Positions 9,401 through 21,900 of a stretch of DNA of 24,419 nucleotides are shown piece after piece (the stretch's first letter is position 1; the number at the start of each line of letters is the position of its first letter). The notes under the pieces are model-generated. The model was not told where the DNA came from. It ran no database searches and saw only the letters and a program-made list of their open reading frames with translations. The position numbers and the translations under genes are program-made. This DNA comes from Azolla caroliniana (taxonomy: Eukaryota > Plantae > Polypodiophyta). The stretch is taken from contig JBHGNT010000457.1 of assembly GCA_043228905.1 (NCBI GenBank), positions 1-24,419 on the forward strand, read 5' to 3'.

Positions 9401-12400
9401 CTCGCTCGTGTGATATCGGATTTCTGTGTTCAAACATGCGAATCGAAGTTAACAATGCTAGCTATGATATTGAATTGACAAATTATAATTTTAAAACTGA
9501 GGCCGAGAGACATGAGGAAAGTAACAAATTTGAGGAGGTAGTGGAGAAGAGTACGTCAGTAAATTAAAATGTTCATACCTGGCACGTGTGATATCGGATA
9601 TTTGTGTTCAAACATGCGAATCGAAGATAACAACGCTAGCTATGATATAGAATTAAAAAATCGAGATTTTGAAACTTAGGTCGAGAGACATGACGAAATG
9701 GTCATACCTGGCTCGTGTGATATCGGATTTCTGTGTTCAAACATGCAAATCGAAGCTAACAAGGCTAGCTATGATATAGAATTAAAAAATCGAGATTTTG
9801 AAACTGACGTCGAAAGACATGAGGAAATTAGCATGTTGGAGGAGGGAGTTGAGAAGAGCCAGTGAGTAAATTAAAATGGTCATACCTGGCTCGTGTGATA
9901 TCGGATTTCTGTGTTCAAACATGCGAATCGAAGCTAACAAGGCTAGCTATGATATCGAATTAAAAATCAAGATTTTGAAACGAAAGTCGAGAGACATGAG
10001 GAAATTAGCATATTTGAGGAGGGAGTTGAGAAGTGCTAGAGTGTAAATTAAAATGGTCATAGCTGGCTCGTGTGATATCGGATTTATGTGTTCAAACATG
10101 CGACTCGAAGATAACAACGCTAGCTATGATATAGAATTAGAAGATCGAGATTTTGAAACTCAGGTCGAGAGATATGACAAAATTAACATATTTAAGGAGG
10201 GAGTTGAGAAGAGCCAGTAAGTAAATTAAAATGGTCATGCCTGGCTCGTGTGATATCGGATTTCTATGTTCAAACATGCGAATCGAAGCTAACAAGGCTA
10301 GCTATGATATAGAATTAAAAAATCGAGATTTTGAAACTCAGGTCGAGAGACATGAGGAAATTAGCATATTTGAGGAGGTAGTGGAGAAGAGTACGTCAGT
10401 AAATTAAAATGTTCATACCTGGCACGTGTGATATCGGATATTTGTGTTCAAACATGCGAATCGAAGATAACAACGCTAGGTATGATATAGAATTAAAAAA
10501 TCAAGATTTTGAAACTTAGGTCGAGAGACATGACGAAATTAACATATTTAAGGAGGGAGTTGAGAAGAGCCAGTGAGTAAATTAAAATGGTCATACCTGG
10601 CTCGTGTGATATCGGTTTCTGTGTTCAAACATGCGAATCGAAGCTAACAAGGTTAGCTATGACATAGAATTAAAAAATCGAGATTTTGAAACTCAGTTCG
10701 AGAGACATGAGGAAATTAGCATATTTGAGGAGGGAGTAGAGAAGAGCCAGTGAGTAAATTAAAATGGTCATACCTGGTTCGTGTGATATCGGATTTTTGT
10801 GTTCAAACATGCGAATCGGAGCTAACAACGCTAGCTTTGATATAGAATTAAAAAATCGAGATTTTGAAACTCAGGTCGAGAGACATGAGGAAATTAGCAT
10901 ATTTGAGGAGGGAGTTGAGAAGAGCGTGTGAGTAAATTAAAATGGTCATACCTGGCTCGTGTGATATCGGATTTTTGTGTTCAAACATGCGAATCGAAGC
11001 TAACAAGGCTAGCTATGACATAGAATTAAAAAATCGAGATTTTGAAACTCAGGTCGAGAGACATGCGGAAATTAGCATATTTGAGGAGGGAGTTGAGAAG
11101 AGCGAGTGAGTAAATTAAAATGGTCATACCTGGCTCGTTTAATATCGGATTTTTGTGTTCAAACACACGAGCCAGCTATGACCATTTTTGTGATATCGGA
11201 TTTCTGTGTTCAAATTTGAGGAGGTAGTGGAGAAGAGTACGTCAGTAAATTAAAATGTTCATACCTGGCACGTGTGATATCGGATATTTGTGTTCAAACA
11301 TGCGAATCGAAGATAACAACGCTAGGTATGATATAGAATTAAAAAATCAAGATTTTGAAACTTAGGTCGAGAGACATGACGAAATTAACATATTTAAGGA
11401 GGGAGTTGAGAAGAGCCAGTGAGTAAATTAAAATGGTCATACCTGGCTCGTGTGATATCGGTTTCTGTGTTCAAACATGCGAATCGAAGCTAACAAGGTT
11501 AGCTATGACATAGAATTAAAAAATCGAGATTTTGAAACTCAGTTCGAGAGACATGAGGAAATTAGCATATTTGAGGAGGGAGTAGAGAAGAGCCAGTGAG
11601 TAAATTAAAATGGTCATACCTGGTTCGTGTGATATCGGATTTTTGTGTTCAAACATGCGAATCGGAGCTAACAACGCTAGCTTTGATATAGAATTAAAAA
11701 ATCGAGATTTTGAAACTCAGGTCGAGAGACATGAGGAAATTAGCATATTTGAGGAGGGAGTTGAGAAGAGCGTGTGAGTAAATTAAAATGGTCATACCTG
11801 GCTCGTGTGATATCGGATTTTTGTGTTCAAACATGCGAATCGAAGCTAACAAGGCTAGCTATGACATAGAATTAAAAAATCGAGATTTTGAAACTCAGGT
11901 CGAGAGACATGCGGAAATTAGCATATTTGAGGAGGGAGTTGAGAAGAGCGAGTGAGTAAATTAAAATGGTCATACCTGGCTCGTTTAATATCGGATTTTT
12001 GTGTTCAAACATGCAAATCGAAGCTAACAACGCTAGCTATGATATAGAATTAAAAAATCGAGATTTTGAAACTCAGGTCGAGCGACATGAAGAAATTACA
12101 ATATTTGAGGAGGGTGTTGAGAAGAGCGTGTGAGTAAATTAAAATGGTCATACCTGGCTTGTGTGACATCGGATTTCTGTGTTCAAACATGCGAGTCGAA
12201 ACTAACAAGGCTAGCTATGATATAGAATTAAAAAATCGAGATTTTGAAAATCAGGTCGAGAGACATGAGGAAATTAGCATATTTGAGGAGGGAGTTGAGA
12301 AGAGCCAGTGAGTAAATTAAAATGGTCATACCCAGCTCGTGTGATATCGGATGTCTGTGTTCAAACATGCGAATCGAAGCTAACAACGCTAGCTTTGATA

Positions 12401-15400
12401 TAGAATTAAAAAATCAAGATTTTGAAACTCACGTCGAAAGACATGAGGAAATTAGCATGTTTGAGGAGGGAGTTGAGAAGAGCGAGTGAGTAAATTAAAA
12501 TGGTCATACCTGGCTCGTGTGATATCGGATTTCTGTGTTCAAACATGCGAATCGAAGTTAACAATGCTAGCTATGATATTGAATTGACAAATTATAATTT
12601 TAAAACTGAGGCCGAGAGACATGAGGAAAGTAACAAATTTGAGGAGGTAGTGGAGAAGAGTACGTCAGTAAATTAAAATGTTCATACCTGGCACGTGTGA
12701 TATCGGATATTTGTGTTCAAACATGCGAATCGAAGATAACAACGCTAGCTATGATATAGAATTAAAAAATCGAGATTTTCAAACTTAGGTCGAGAGACAT
12801 GACGAAATGGTCATACCTGGCTCGTGTGATATCGGATTTCTGTGTTCAAACATGCAAATCGAAGCTAACAAGGCTAGCTATGATATAGAATTAAAAAATC
12901 GAGATTTTGAAACTGACGTCGAAAGACATGAGGAAATTAGCATGTTGGAGGAGGGAGTTGAGAAGAGCCAGTGAGTAAATTAAAATGGTCATACCTGGCT
13001 CGTGTGATATCGGATTTCTGTGTTCAAACATGCGAATCGAAGCTAACAAGGCTAGCTATGATATAGAATTAAAAATCAAGATTTTGAAACGAAAGTCGAG
13101 AGACATGAGGAAATTAGCATATTTGAGGAGGGAGTTGAGAAGTGCTAGAGTGTAAATTAAAATGGTCATAGCTGGCTCGTGTGATATCGGATTTATGTGT
13201 TCAAACATGCGACTCGAAGATAACAACGCTAGCTATGATATAGAATTAGAAGATCGAGATTTTGAAACTCAGGTCGAGAGATATGACAAAATTAACATAT
13301 TTAAGGAGGGAGTTGAGAAGAGCCAGTAAGTAAATTAAAATGGTCATGCCTGGCTCGTGTGATATCGGATTTCTATGTTCAAACATGCGAATCGAAGCTA
13401 ACAAGGCTAGCTATGATATAGAATTAAAAAATCGAGATTTTGAAACTCAGGTCGAGAGACATGAGGAAATTAGCATATTTGAGGAGGGAGTTGAGAAGAG
13501 CGAGTGAGTAAATTAAAATAGTCATACCTAGCTCGTGTAATATCGGATTTTTGTGTTCAAACATGCGAATCGGAGCTAACAACGCTAGCTTTGATATAGA
13601 ATTTAAAAATCAAGATTTTGAAACTCACGTCGAAAGACATGCCGAAATTAGCATATTTGAGGAGGGAGTTGAGAAGAGCCAGTGAGTAAATTTAAATGGT
13701 CATACCTGGCTCGTGTGATATCGGTTTCTGTGTTCAAACATGCGAATCGAAGCTAACAAGGTTAGCTATGACATAGAATTAAAAAATCGAGATTTTGAAA
13801 CTCAGTTCGAGAGACATGAGGAAATTAGCATATTTGAGGAGGGAGTAGAGAAGAGCCAGTGAGTAAATTAAAATGGTCATACCTGGTTCGTGTGATATCG
13901 GATTTTTGTGTTCAAACATGCGAATCGGAGCTAACAACGCTAGCTTTGATATAGAATTAAAAAATCGAGATTTTGAAACTCAGGTCGAGAGACATGAGGA
14001 AATTAGCATATTTGAGGAGGGAGTTGAGAAGAGCGTGTGAGTAAATTAAAATGGTCATACCTGGCTCGTGTGATATCGGATTTTTGTGTTCAAACATGCG
14101 AATCGAAGCTAACAAGGCTAGCTATGACATAGAATTAAAAAATCGAGATTTTGAAACTCAGGTCGAGAGACATGCGGAAATTAGCATATTTGAGGAGGGA
14201 GTTGAGAAGAGCGAGTGAGTAAATTAAAATGGTCATACCTGGCTCGTTTAATATCGGATTTTTGTGTTCAAACATGCGAATCGAAGCTAACAACGCTAGC
14301 TATGATATAGAATTAAAAAATCGAGATTTTGAAACTCAGGTCGAGCGACATGAAGAAATTACAATATTTGAGGAGGGTGTTGAGAAGAGCGTGTGAGTAA
14401 ATTAAAATGGTCATACCTGGCTTGTGTTACATCGGATTTCTGTGTTCAAACATGCGAGTCGAAACTAACAAGGCTAGCTATGATATAGAATTAAAAAATC
14501 GAGATTTTGAAAATCAGGTCGAGAGACATGAGGAAATTAGCATATTTGAGGAGGGAGTTGAGAAGAGCCAGTGAGTAAATTAAAATGGTCATACCCAGCT
14601 CGTGTGATATCGGATGTCTGTGTTCAAACATGCGAATCGAAGCTAACAACGCTAGCTTTGATATAGAATTAAAAAATCAAGATTTTGAAACTCACGTCGA
14701 AAGACATGAGGAAATTAGCATGTTTGAGGAGGGAGTTGAGAAGAGCGAGTGAGTAAATTAAAATGGTCATACCTCGCTCGTGTGATATCGGATTTCTGTG
14801 TTCAAACATGCGAATCGAAGTTAACAATGCTAGCTATGATATTGAATTGACAAATTATAATTTTAAAACTGAGGCCGAGAGACATGAGGAAAGTAACAAA
14901 TTTGAGGAGGTAGTGGAGAAGAGTACGTCAGTAAATTAAAATGTTCATACCTGGCACGTGTGATATCGGATATTTGTGTTCAAACATGCGAATCGAAGAT
15001 AACAACGCTAGCTATGATATAGAATTAAAAAATCGAGATTTTGAAACTTAGGTCGAGAGACATGACGAAATGGTCATACCTGGCTCGTGTGATATCGGAT
15101 TTCTGTGTTCAAACATGCAAATCGAAGCTAACAAGGCTAGCTATGATATAGAATTAAAAAATCGAGATTTTGAAACTGACGTCGAAAGACATGAGGAAAT
15201 TAGCATGTTGGAGGAGGGAGTTGAGAAGAGCCAGTGAGTAAATTAAAATGGTCATACCTGGCTCGTGTGATATCGGATTTCTGTGTTCAAACATGCGAAT
15301 CGAAGCTAACAAGGCTAGCTATGATATAGAATTAAAAATCAAGATTTTGAAACGAAAGTCGAGAGACATGAGGAAATTAGCATATTTGAGGAGGGAGTTG

Positions 15401-15900
15401 AGAAGTGCTAGAGTGTAAATTAAAATGGTCATAGCTGGCTCGTGTGATATCGGATTTATGTGTTCAAACATGCGACTCGAAGATAACAACGCTAGCTATG
15501 ATATAGAATTAGAAGATCGAGATTTTGAAACTCAGGTCGAGAGATATGACAAAATTAACATATTTAAGGAGGGAGTTGAGAAGAGCCAGTAAGTAAATTA
15601 AAATGGTCATGCCTGGCTCGTGTGATATCGGATTTCTATGTTCAAACATGCGAATCGAAGCTAACAAGGCTAGCTATGATATAGAATTAAAAAATCGAGA
15701 TTTTGAAACTCAGGTCGAGAGACATGAGGAAATTAGCATATTTGAGGAGGGAGTTGAGAAGAGCGAGTGAGTAAATTAAAATAGTCATACCTAGCTCGTG
15801 TAATATCGGATTTTTGTGTTCAAACATGCGAATCGGAGCTAACAACGCTAGCTTTGATATAGAATTTAAAAATCAAGATTTTGAAACTCACGTCGAAAGA
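6458..15900 (+). repeat. Higher-order repeat block, four related units marked by a 129-bp deleted monomer (boundaries approximate)
   Basis: The same 49-bp deletion junction GACGAAAT|GGTCATACC occurs at 7080, 9699, 12808 and 15071, each with the same ordered series of neighbouring variant monomers. Spacings are 2619, 3109 and 2263 bp. Confidence 0.88.
11164..11188 (-). other. 25-bp inverted satellite fragment within a junction filler
   Basis: CACACGAGCCAGCTATGACCATTTT is the exact reverse complement of the variant AAAATGGTCATAGCTGGCTCGTGTG (for example 10050-10074). Confidence 0.92.
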
Positions 15901-18900
15901 CATGCCGAAATTAGCATATTTCAGGAGGTAGTTGAGAAGAGCCAGTGAGTAAATTAAAATGGTCATACGTGGCTCGTGTGATATCGGATTTCTGTGTTCA
16001 AACATGCGAATCGAAGCTAACAAGGCTAGCTATGACATAGAATTAAAAAATCGAGATTTTGAAACTCAATTCGAGAGACATGAGGAAATTAGCATATTTG
16101 AGGAGGGAGTAGAGAAGAGCCAGTGAGTAAATTAAAATGGTCATACCTGGCTCGTGTGATATCGGATTTTTGTGTTCAAACATGCGAATCGAAGCTAACT
16201 ACGCTAGCTTTGATATAGAATTAAAAAATCAAGATTTTGAAACTCACGTCGAGAGACATGAGGAAATTAGCATGTTGGAGGAGGGAGTTGAGAAGAGCGA
16301 GTGAGTAAATTAAAATGGTCACACCTGGCTCGTGTGATATCGGATTTCTGTGTTCAAACATGCGAATCGAAGCTAACAAGGCTAGCTATGATATAGAATT
16401 AAAAAATCGAGATTTGGAAACTCAGTTCGAGAGACATGAAAAAATTAACATATTTGAGGAGGGAGTTGAGAAGAGCCAGTGAGTAAATTAAAATGGTCAT
16501 ACCTGGCTCGTGTGATATCGGATTTCTGTGTTCAAACATGCGAATCGAAGTTAACAACGCTAGCTATGATATTGAATTGAAAATTCATAAATTTAAAACT
16601 GAGGCCGAGAGACATGACGAAATTAGCAAATTTGAGGAGGTAGTGGAGAAGAGTGCGTCAGTTAATTAAAATGGTCATACGTGGCTCGTGTGATATCGGA
16701 TTTCGGTGTTCAAACATGCGAATCGAAGCTAACAAGGCTAGCTATGACATAGAATTAAAAAATCGAGATTTTGAAACTCAGGTCAAGAGACATGAGGAAA
16801 TTCGCATATTTGAGGAGGGAGTGGAGAAGAGCCAGTGAGTAAATTAAAATAATCATACCTGGCTCGTGTGATATCGGATTTTTGTGTTTAAAAATGCGAA
16901 CCGAAGCTAACAAAGCTAGCTATGATATAGAATTAAAAAATCGAGATTTGGAAACTCAGGTCGAGAGACATGACGAAATTAACATATTTAAGGAAGGAGT
17001 TGAGAAGAGCCAGTGAGTAAATTAAAATGGTCATACCTGGCTCGTGTGATATCGGATTTCTGTGTTCAAACATGCGAATCGAGGTTAACAACGCTAGCTA
17101 TGATATTGAATTGAAAAATTAGAATTTTAAAACTGAGGCCGAGAGACATGAGGAAATTAGCAAATTTGAGGAGGTAGTGGAGAAGAGTGTGTGAGTAAAT
17201 TAAAATGTTCATACCTGGCACGTGTGATATCGGATTTCTGTGTTCAAACATGCGAATCGAAGCTAACAACGCTAGCTATGATATAGAATTAAAAAATCAA
17301 GATTTTGAAACTGACGTCGAAAGACATGAGGAAATTAGCATGTTGGAGGAGGGAGTTGAGAAGAGTGCGTCAGTAAATTAAAATGTTCATACCTGGCTCG
17401 TGTGATATCAGATTTTTGTGTTCAAACATGCGAATCAAAGTTAACCATGCTAGCTATGATATTGAATTGACAAATTATAATTTTAAAACTGAGGCCGAGA
17501 GACATGAGGAAAGTAACAAATTTGAGGAGGTAGTGGAGAAGAGTACGTCAGTAAATTAAAATGTTCATACCTGGCACGTGTGATATCGGATATTTGTGTT
17601 CAAACATGCGAATCGAAGATAACAACGCTAGCTATGATATAGAATTAAAAAATCGAGATTTTGAAACTTAGGTCGAGAGACATGACGAAATTAACATATT
17701 TAAGGAGGGAGTTGAGAAGAGCCAGTGAGTAAATTAAAATGGTCATACCTGGCTCGTGTGATATCGGATTTCTGTGTTCAAACATGCGAATCGAAGCTAA
17801 CAAGGCTAGCTATGATATAGAATTAAAAATCAAGATTTTGAAACGAAAGTCGAGAGACATGAGGAAATTAGCATATTTGAGGAGGGAGTTGAGAAGTGCC
17901 AGTGTGTAAATTAAAATGGTCATAGCTGGCTCGTGTGATATCGGATTTATGTGTTCAAACATGCGACTCGAAGATAACAACGCTAGCTATGATATAGAAT
18001 TAGAAGATCGAGATTTTGAAACTCAGGTCGAGAGACATGACAAAATTAACATATTTAAGGAGGGAGTTGAGAAGAGCCAGTAAGTAAATTAAAATGGTCA
18101 TGCCTGGCTCGTGTGATATCGGATTTCTGTGTTCAAACATGCGAATCGAAGCTAACAAGGCTAGCTATGATATAGAATTAAAAAATCGAGATTTTGAAAC
18201 TCAGGTCGAGAGACATGAGGAAATTAGCATATTTGAGGAGGGAGTTGAGAAGAGCGAGTGAGTAAATTAAAATGGTCATACCTGGCTCGTGTAATATCGG
18301 ATTTTTGTGTTCAAACATGCGAATCGGAGCTAACAACGCTAGCTTTGATATAGAATTTAAAAATCAAGATTTTGAAACTCACGTCGAAAGACATGCCGAA
18401 ATTAGCATATTTCAGGAGGGAGTTGAGAAGAGCCAGTGAGTAAATTAAAATGGTCATACGTGGCTCGTGTGATATCGGATTTCTGTGTTCAAACATGCGA
18501 ATCGAAGCTAACAAGGCTAGCTATGACATAGAATTAAAAAATCGAGATTTTGAAACTCAGTTCGAGAGACATGAGGAAATTAGCATATTTGAGGAGGGAG
18601 TAGAGAAGTGCTAGTGTGTAAATTAAAATGGTCATAGCTGGCTCGTGTGATATCGGATTTATGTGTTCAAACATGCGACTCGAAGATAACGACGCTAGCT
18701 ATGATATAGAATTAGAAGATCGAGATTTTGAAACTCAGGTCGAGAGATATGACAAAATTAACATATTTAAGGAGGGAGTTGAGAAGAGCCAGTAAGTAAA
18801 TTAAAATGGTCATGCCTGGCTCGTGTGATATCGGATTTCTGTGTTCAAACATGCGAATCGAAGCTAACAAGGCTAGCTATGATATAGAATTAAAAAATCG

Positions 18901-21900
18901 AGATTTTGAAACTCAGGTCGAGAGACATGAGGAAATTAGCATATTTGAGGAGGGAGTTGAGAAGAGCGAGTGAGTAAATTAAAATAGTCATACCTAGCTC
19001 GTGTAATATCGGATTTTTGTGTTCAAACATACGAATCGGAGCTAACAACGCTAGCTTTGATATAGAATTAAAAAATCGAGATTTTGAAACTCAGTTCGAG
19101 AGACATGAGGAAATTAGCATATTTGAGGAGGGAGTAGAGAAGAGCCAGTGAGTAAATTAAAATGGTCATACCTGGCTCGTGTGATATCGGATTTTTGTGT
19201 TCAAACATGCGAATCGAAGCTAACTACGCTAGCTTTGCTATAGAATTAAAAAATCAAGATTTTGAAACTCACGTTGAGAGACATGAGGAAATTAGCATGT
19301 TGGAGGTAGTGGAGAAGAGTGTGTCAGTAAACTTAAATGTTCATACCTGGCACGTGTGATATCGGATTTCTGTGTTCAAACATGCGAATCGAAGCTAACA
19401 ACGCTAGCTATGATATAGAATTAAAAAATCAAGATTTTGAAACTCAGGTCGAGAGACATGACGAAATTAACATATTTGAGGAGGGAGTGGAGAAGAGTGC
19501 GTCAGGAAATTAAAATGTTCATACCTGGCTCGTGTGATATCAGATTTTTGTGTTCAAACATGCGAATCAAAGTTAACCATGCTAGCTATGATATTGAATT
19601 GACAAATTATAATTTTAAAACTGAGGCCGAGAGACATGAGGAAAGTAACAAATTTGAGGAGGTATTGGAGAAGAGTACGTCAGTAAATTAAAATGTTCAT
19701 ACCTGGCACGTGTGATATCGGATATTTGTGTTCAAACATGCGAATCGAAGATAACAACGCTAGGTATGATATAGAATTAAAAAATCAAGATTTTGAAACT
19801 CAGGTCGAGAGACATGACGAAATTAACACATTTGAGGAGGGAGTGGAGAAGAGTGCGTCAGGAAATTAAAATGTTCATACCTGGCTCGTGTGATTTCAGA
19901 TTTTTGTGTTCAAACATGCGAATCAAAGTTAACCATGCTAGCTATGATATTGAATTGACAAATTATAATTTTAAAACTGAGGCCGAGAGACATGAGGAAA
20001 GTAACAAATTTGAGGAGGTAGTGGAGAAGAGTACGTCAGTAAATTAAAATGTTCATACCTGGCACGTGTGATATCGGATATTTGTGTTCAAACATGCGAA
20101 TCGAAGATAACAACGCTAGGTATGATATAGAATTAAAAAATCGAGATTTTGAAACTTAGGTCGAGAGACATGACGAAATTAACATATTTAAGGAGGGAGT
20201 TGAGAAGAGCCAGTGAGTAAATTAAAATGTTCATACCTGGCTCGTGTGATATCGGATTTTTGTGTTCAAACATGCGAATCGAAGCTAACTACGCTAGCTT
20301 TGCTATAGAATTAAAAAATCAAGATTTTGAAACTCACGTTGAGAGACATGAGGAAATTAGCATGTTGGAGGTAGTGGAGAAGAGTGTGTCAGTAAACTTA
20401 AATGTTCATACCTGGCACGTGTGATATCGGATTTCTGTGTTCAAACATGCGAATCGAAGCTAACAACGCTAGCTATGATATAGAATTAAAAAATCAAGAT
20501 TTTGAAACTCAAGTCGAGAGACATGACGAAATTAACATATTTGAGGAGGGAGTTGAGAAGAGTGTTCATACCTGGCTCGTGTGATATCAGATTTTTGTGT
20601 TCAAACATGCGAATCAAAGTTAACCATGCTAGCTATGATATTGAATTGACAAATTATAATTTTAAAACTGAGGCCGAGAGACATGAGGAAAGTAACAAAT
20701 TTGAGGAGGTAGTGGAGAAGAGTGCGTCAGTAAATTAAAATGTTCATACCTGGCACGTGTGATATCGGATATTTGTGTTCAAACATGCGAATCGAAGATA
20801 ACAACGCTAGGTATGATATAGAATTAAAAAATCAAGATTTTGAAACTTAGGTCGAGAGACATGACGAAATTAACATATTTAAGGAGGGAGTTGAGAAGAG
20901 CCAGTGAGTAAATTAAAATGGTCATACCTGGCTCGTGTGATATCGGATTTCTGTGTTCAAACATGCGAATCGAAGCTAACAAGGTTAGCTATGACATAGA
21001 ATTAAAAAATCGAGATTTTGAAACTCAGTTCGAGAGACATGAGGAAATTAGCATATTTGAGGAGGGAGTAGAGAAGAGCCAGTGAGTAAATTAAAATGGT
21101 CATACCTGGTTCGTGTGATATCGGATTTTTGTGTTCAAACATGCGAATCGAAGCTAACTACGCCAGCTTTGATATACAATTAAAAAATCAAGATTTTGAA
21201 ACTCACGTCGAGAGACATGAGGAAATTAGCATGTTGGAGGAGGGAGTTGAGAAGAGCCAGTGAGTAAATTAAAATGGTCATACCTGGCTTGTGTGATATC
21301 GGATTTCTGTGTTCAAACATGCGAATCGAAGTTAACAACGCTAGCTATGATATTGAATTGAAAATTGAAAATTTTAAAACTGAGCCCGAGAGACATGACG
21401 AAATTAGCAAATTTGAGGAGGTAGTGGAGAAGAGTGCGTCAGTAAATTAAAATGGTCATACGTGGCTCGTGTGATATCGGATTTCTGTGTTCAAACATGC
21501 GAATCGAAGCTAACAAGGCTAGCTATGACATAGAATTAAAAAATCGAGATTTTGAAACTCAGGTCCAGAGACATGAGGAAATTCGCATATTTCAGGAGGG
21601 AGTGGAGAAGAGCCAGTGAGTAAATTAAAATAGTCATACCTGGCTCGTGTGATATCGGATTTTTGTGTTCAAACATGCGAATCGAAGCTAAAAAAGCTAG
21701 CTATGATATAGAATTAAAAAATCGAGATTTTGAAACTCAGGTCGAGAGACATGACGAAATTAGCATATTTGAGGAGGGCGTTGAGAAGAGCGTGTGAGTA
21801 AATTAAAATGGTCATACCTGGCTCGTGTGATATCGGATTTCTGTGTTCAAACATGCGAATCGAAGCTAACAAGGCTAGCTATGATATAGAATTAAAAAAT

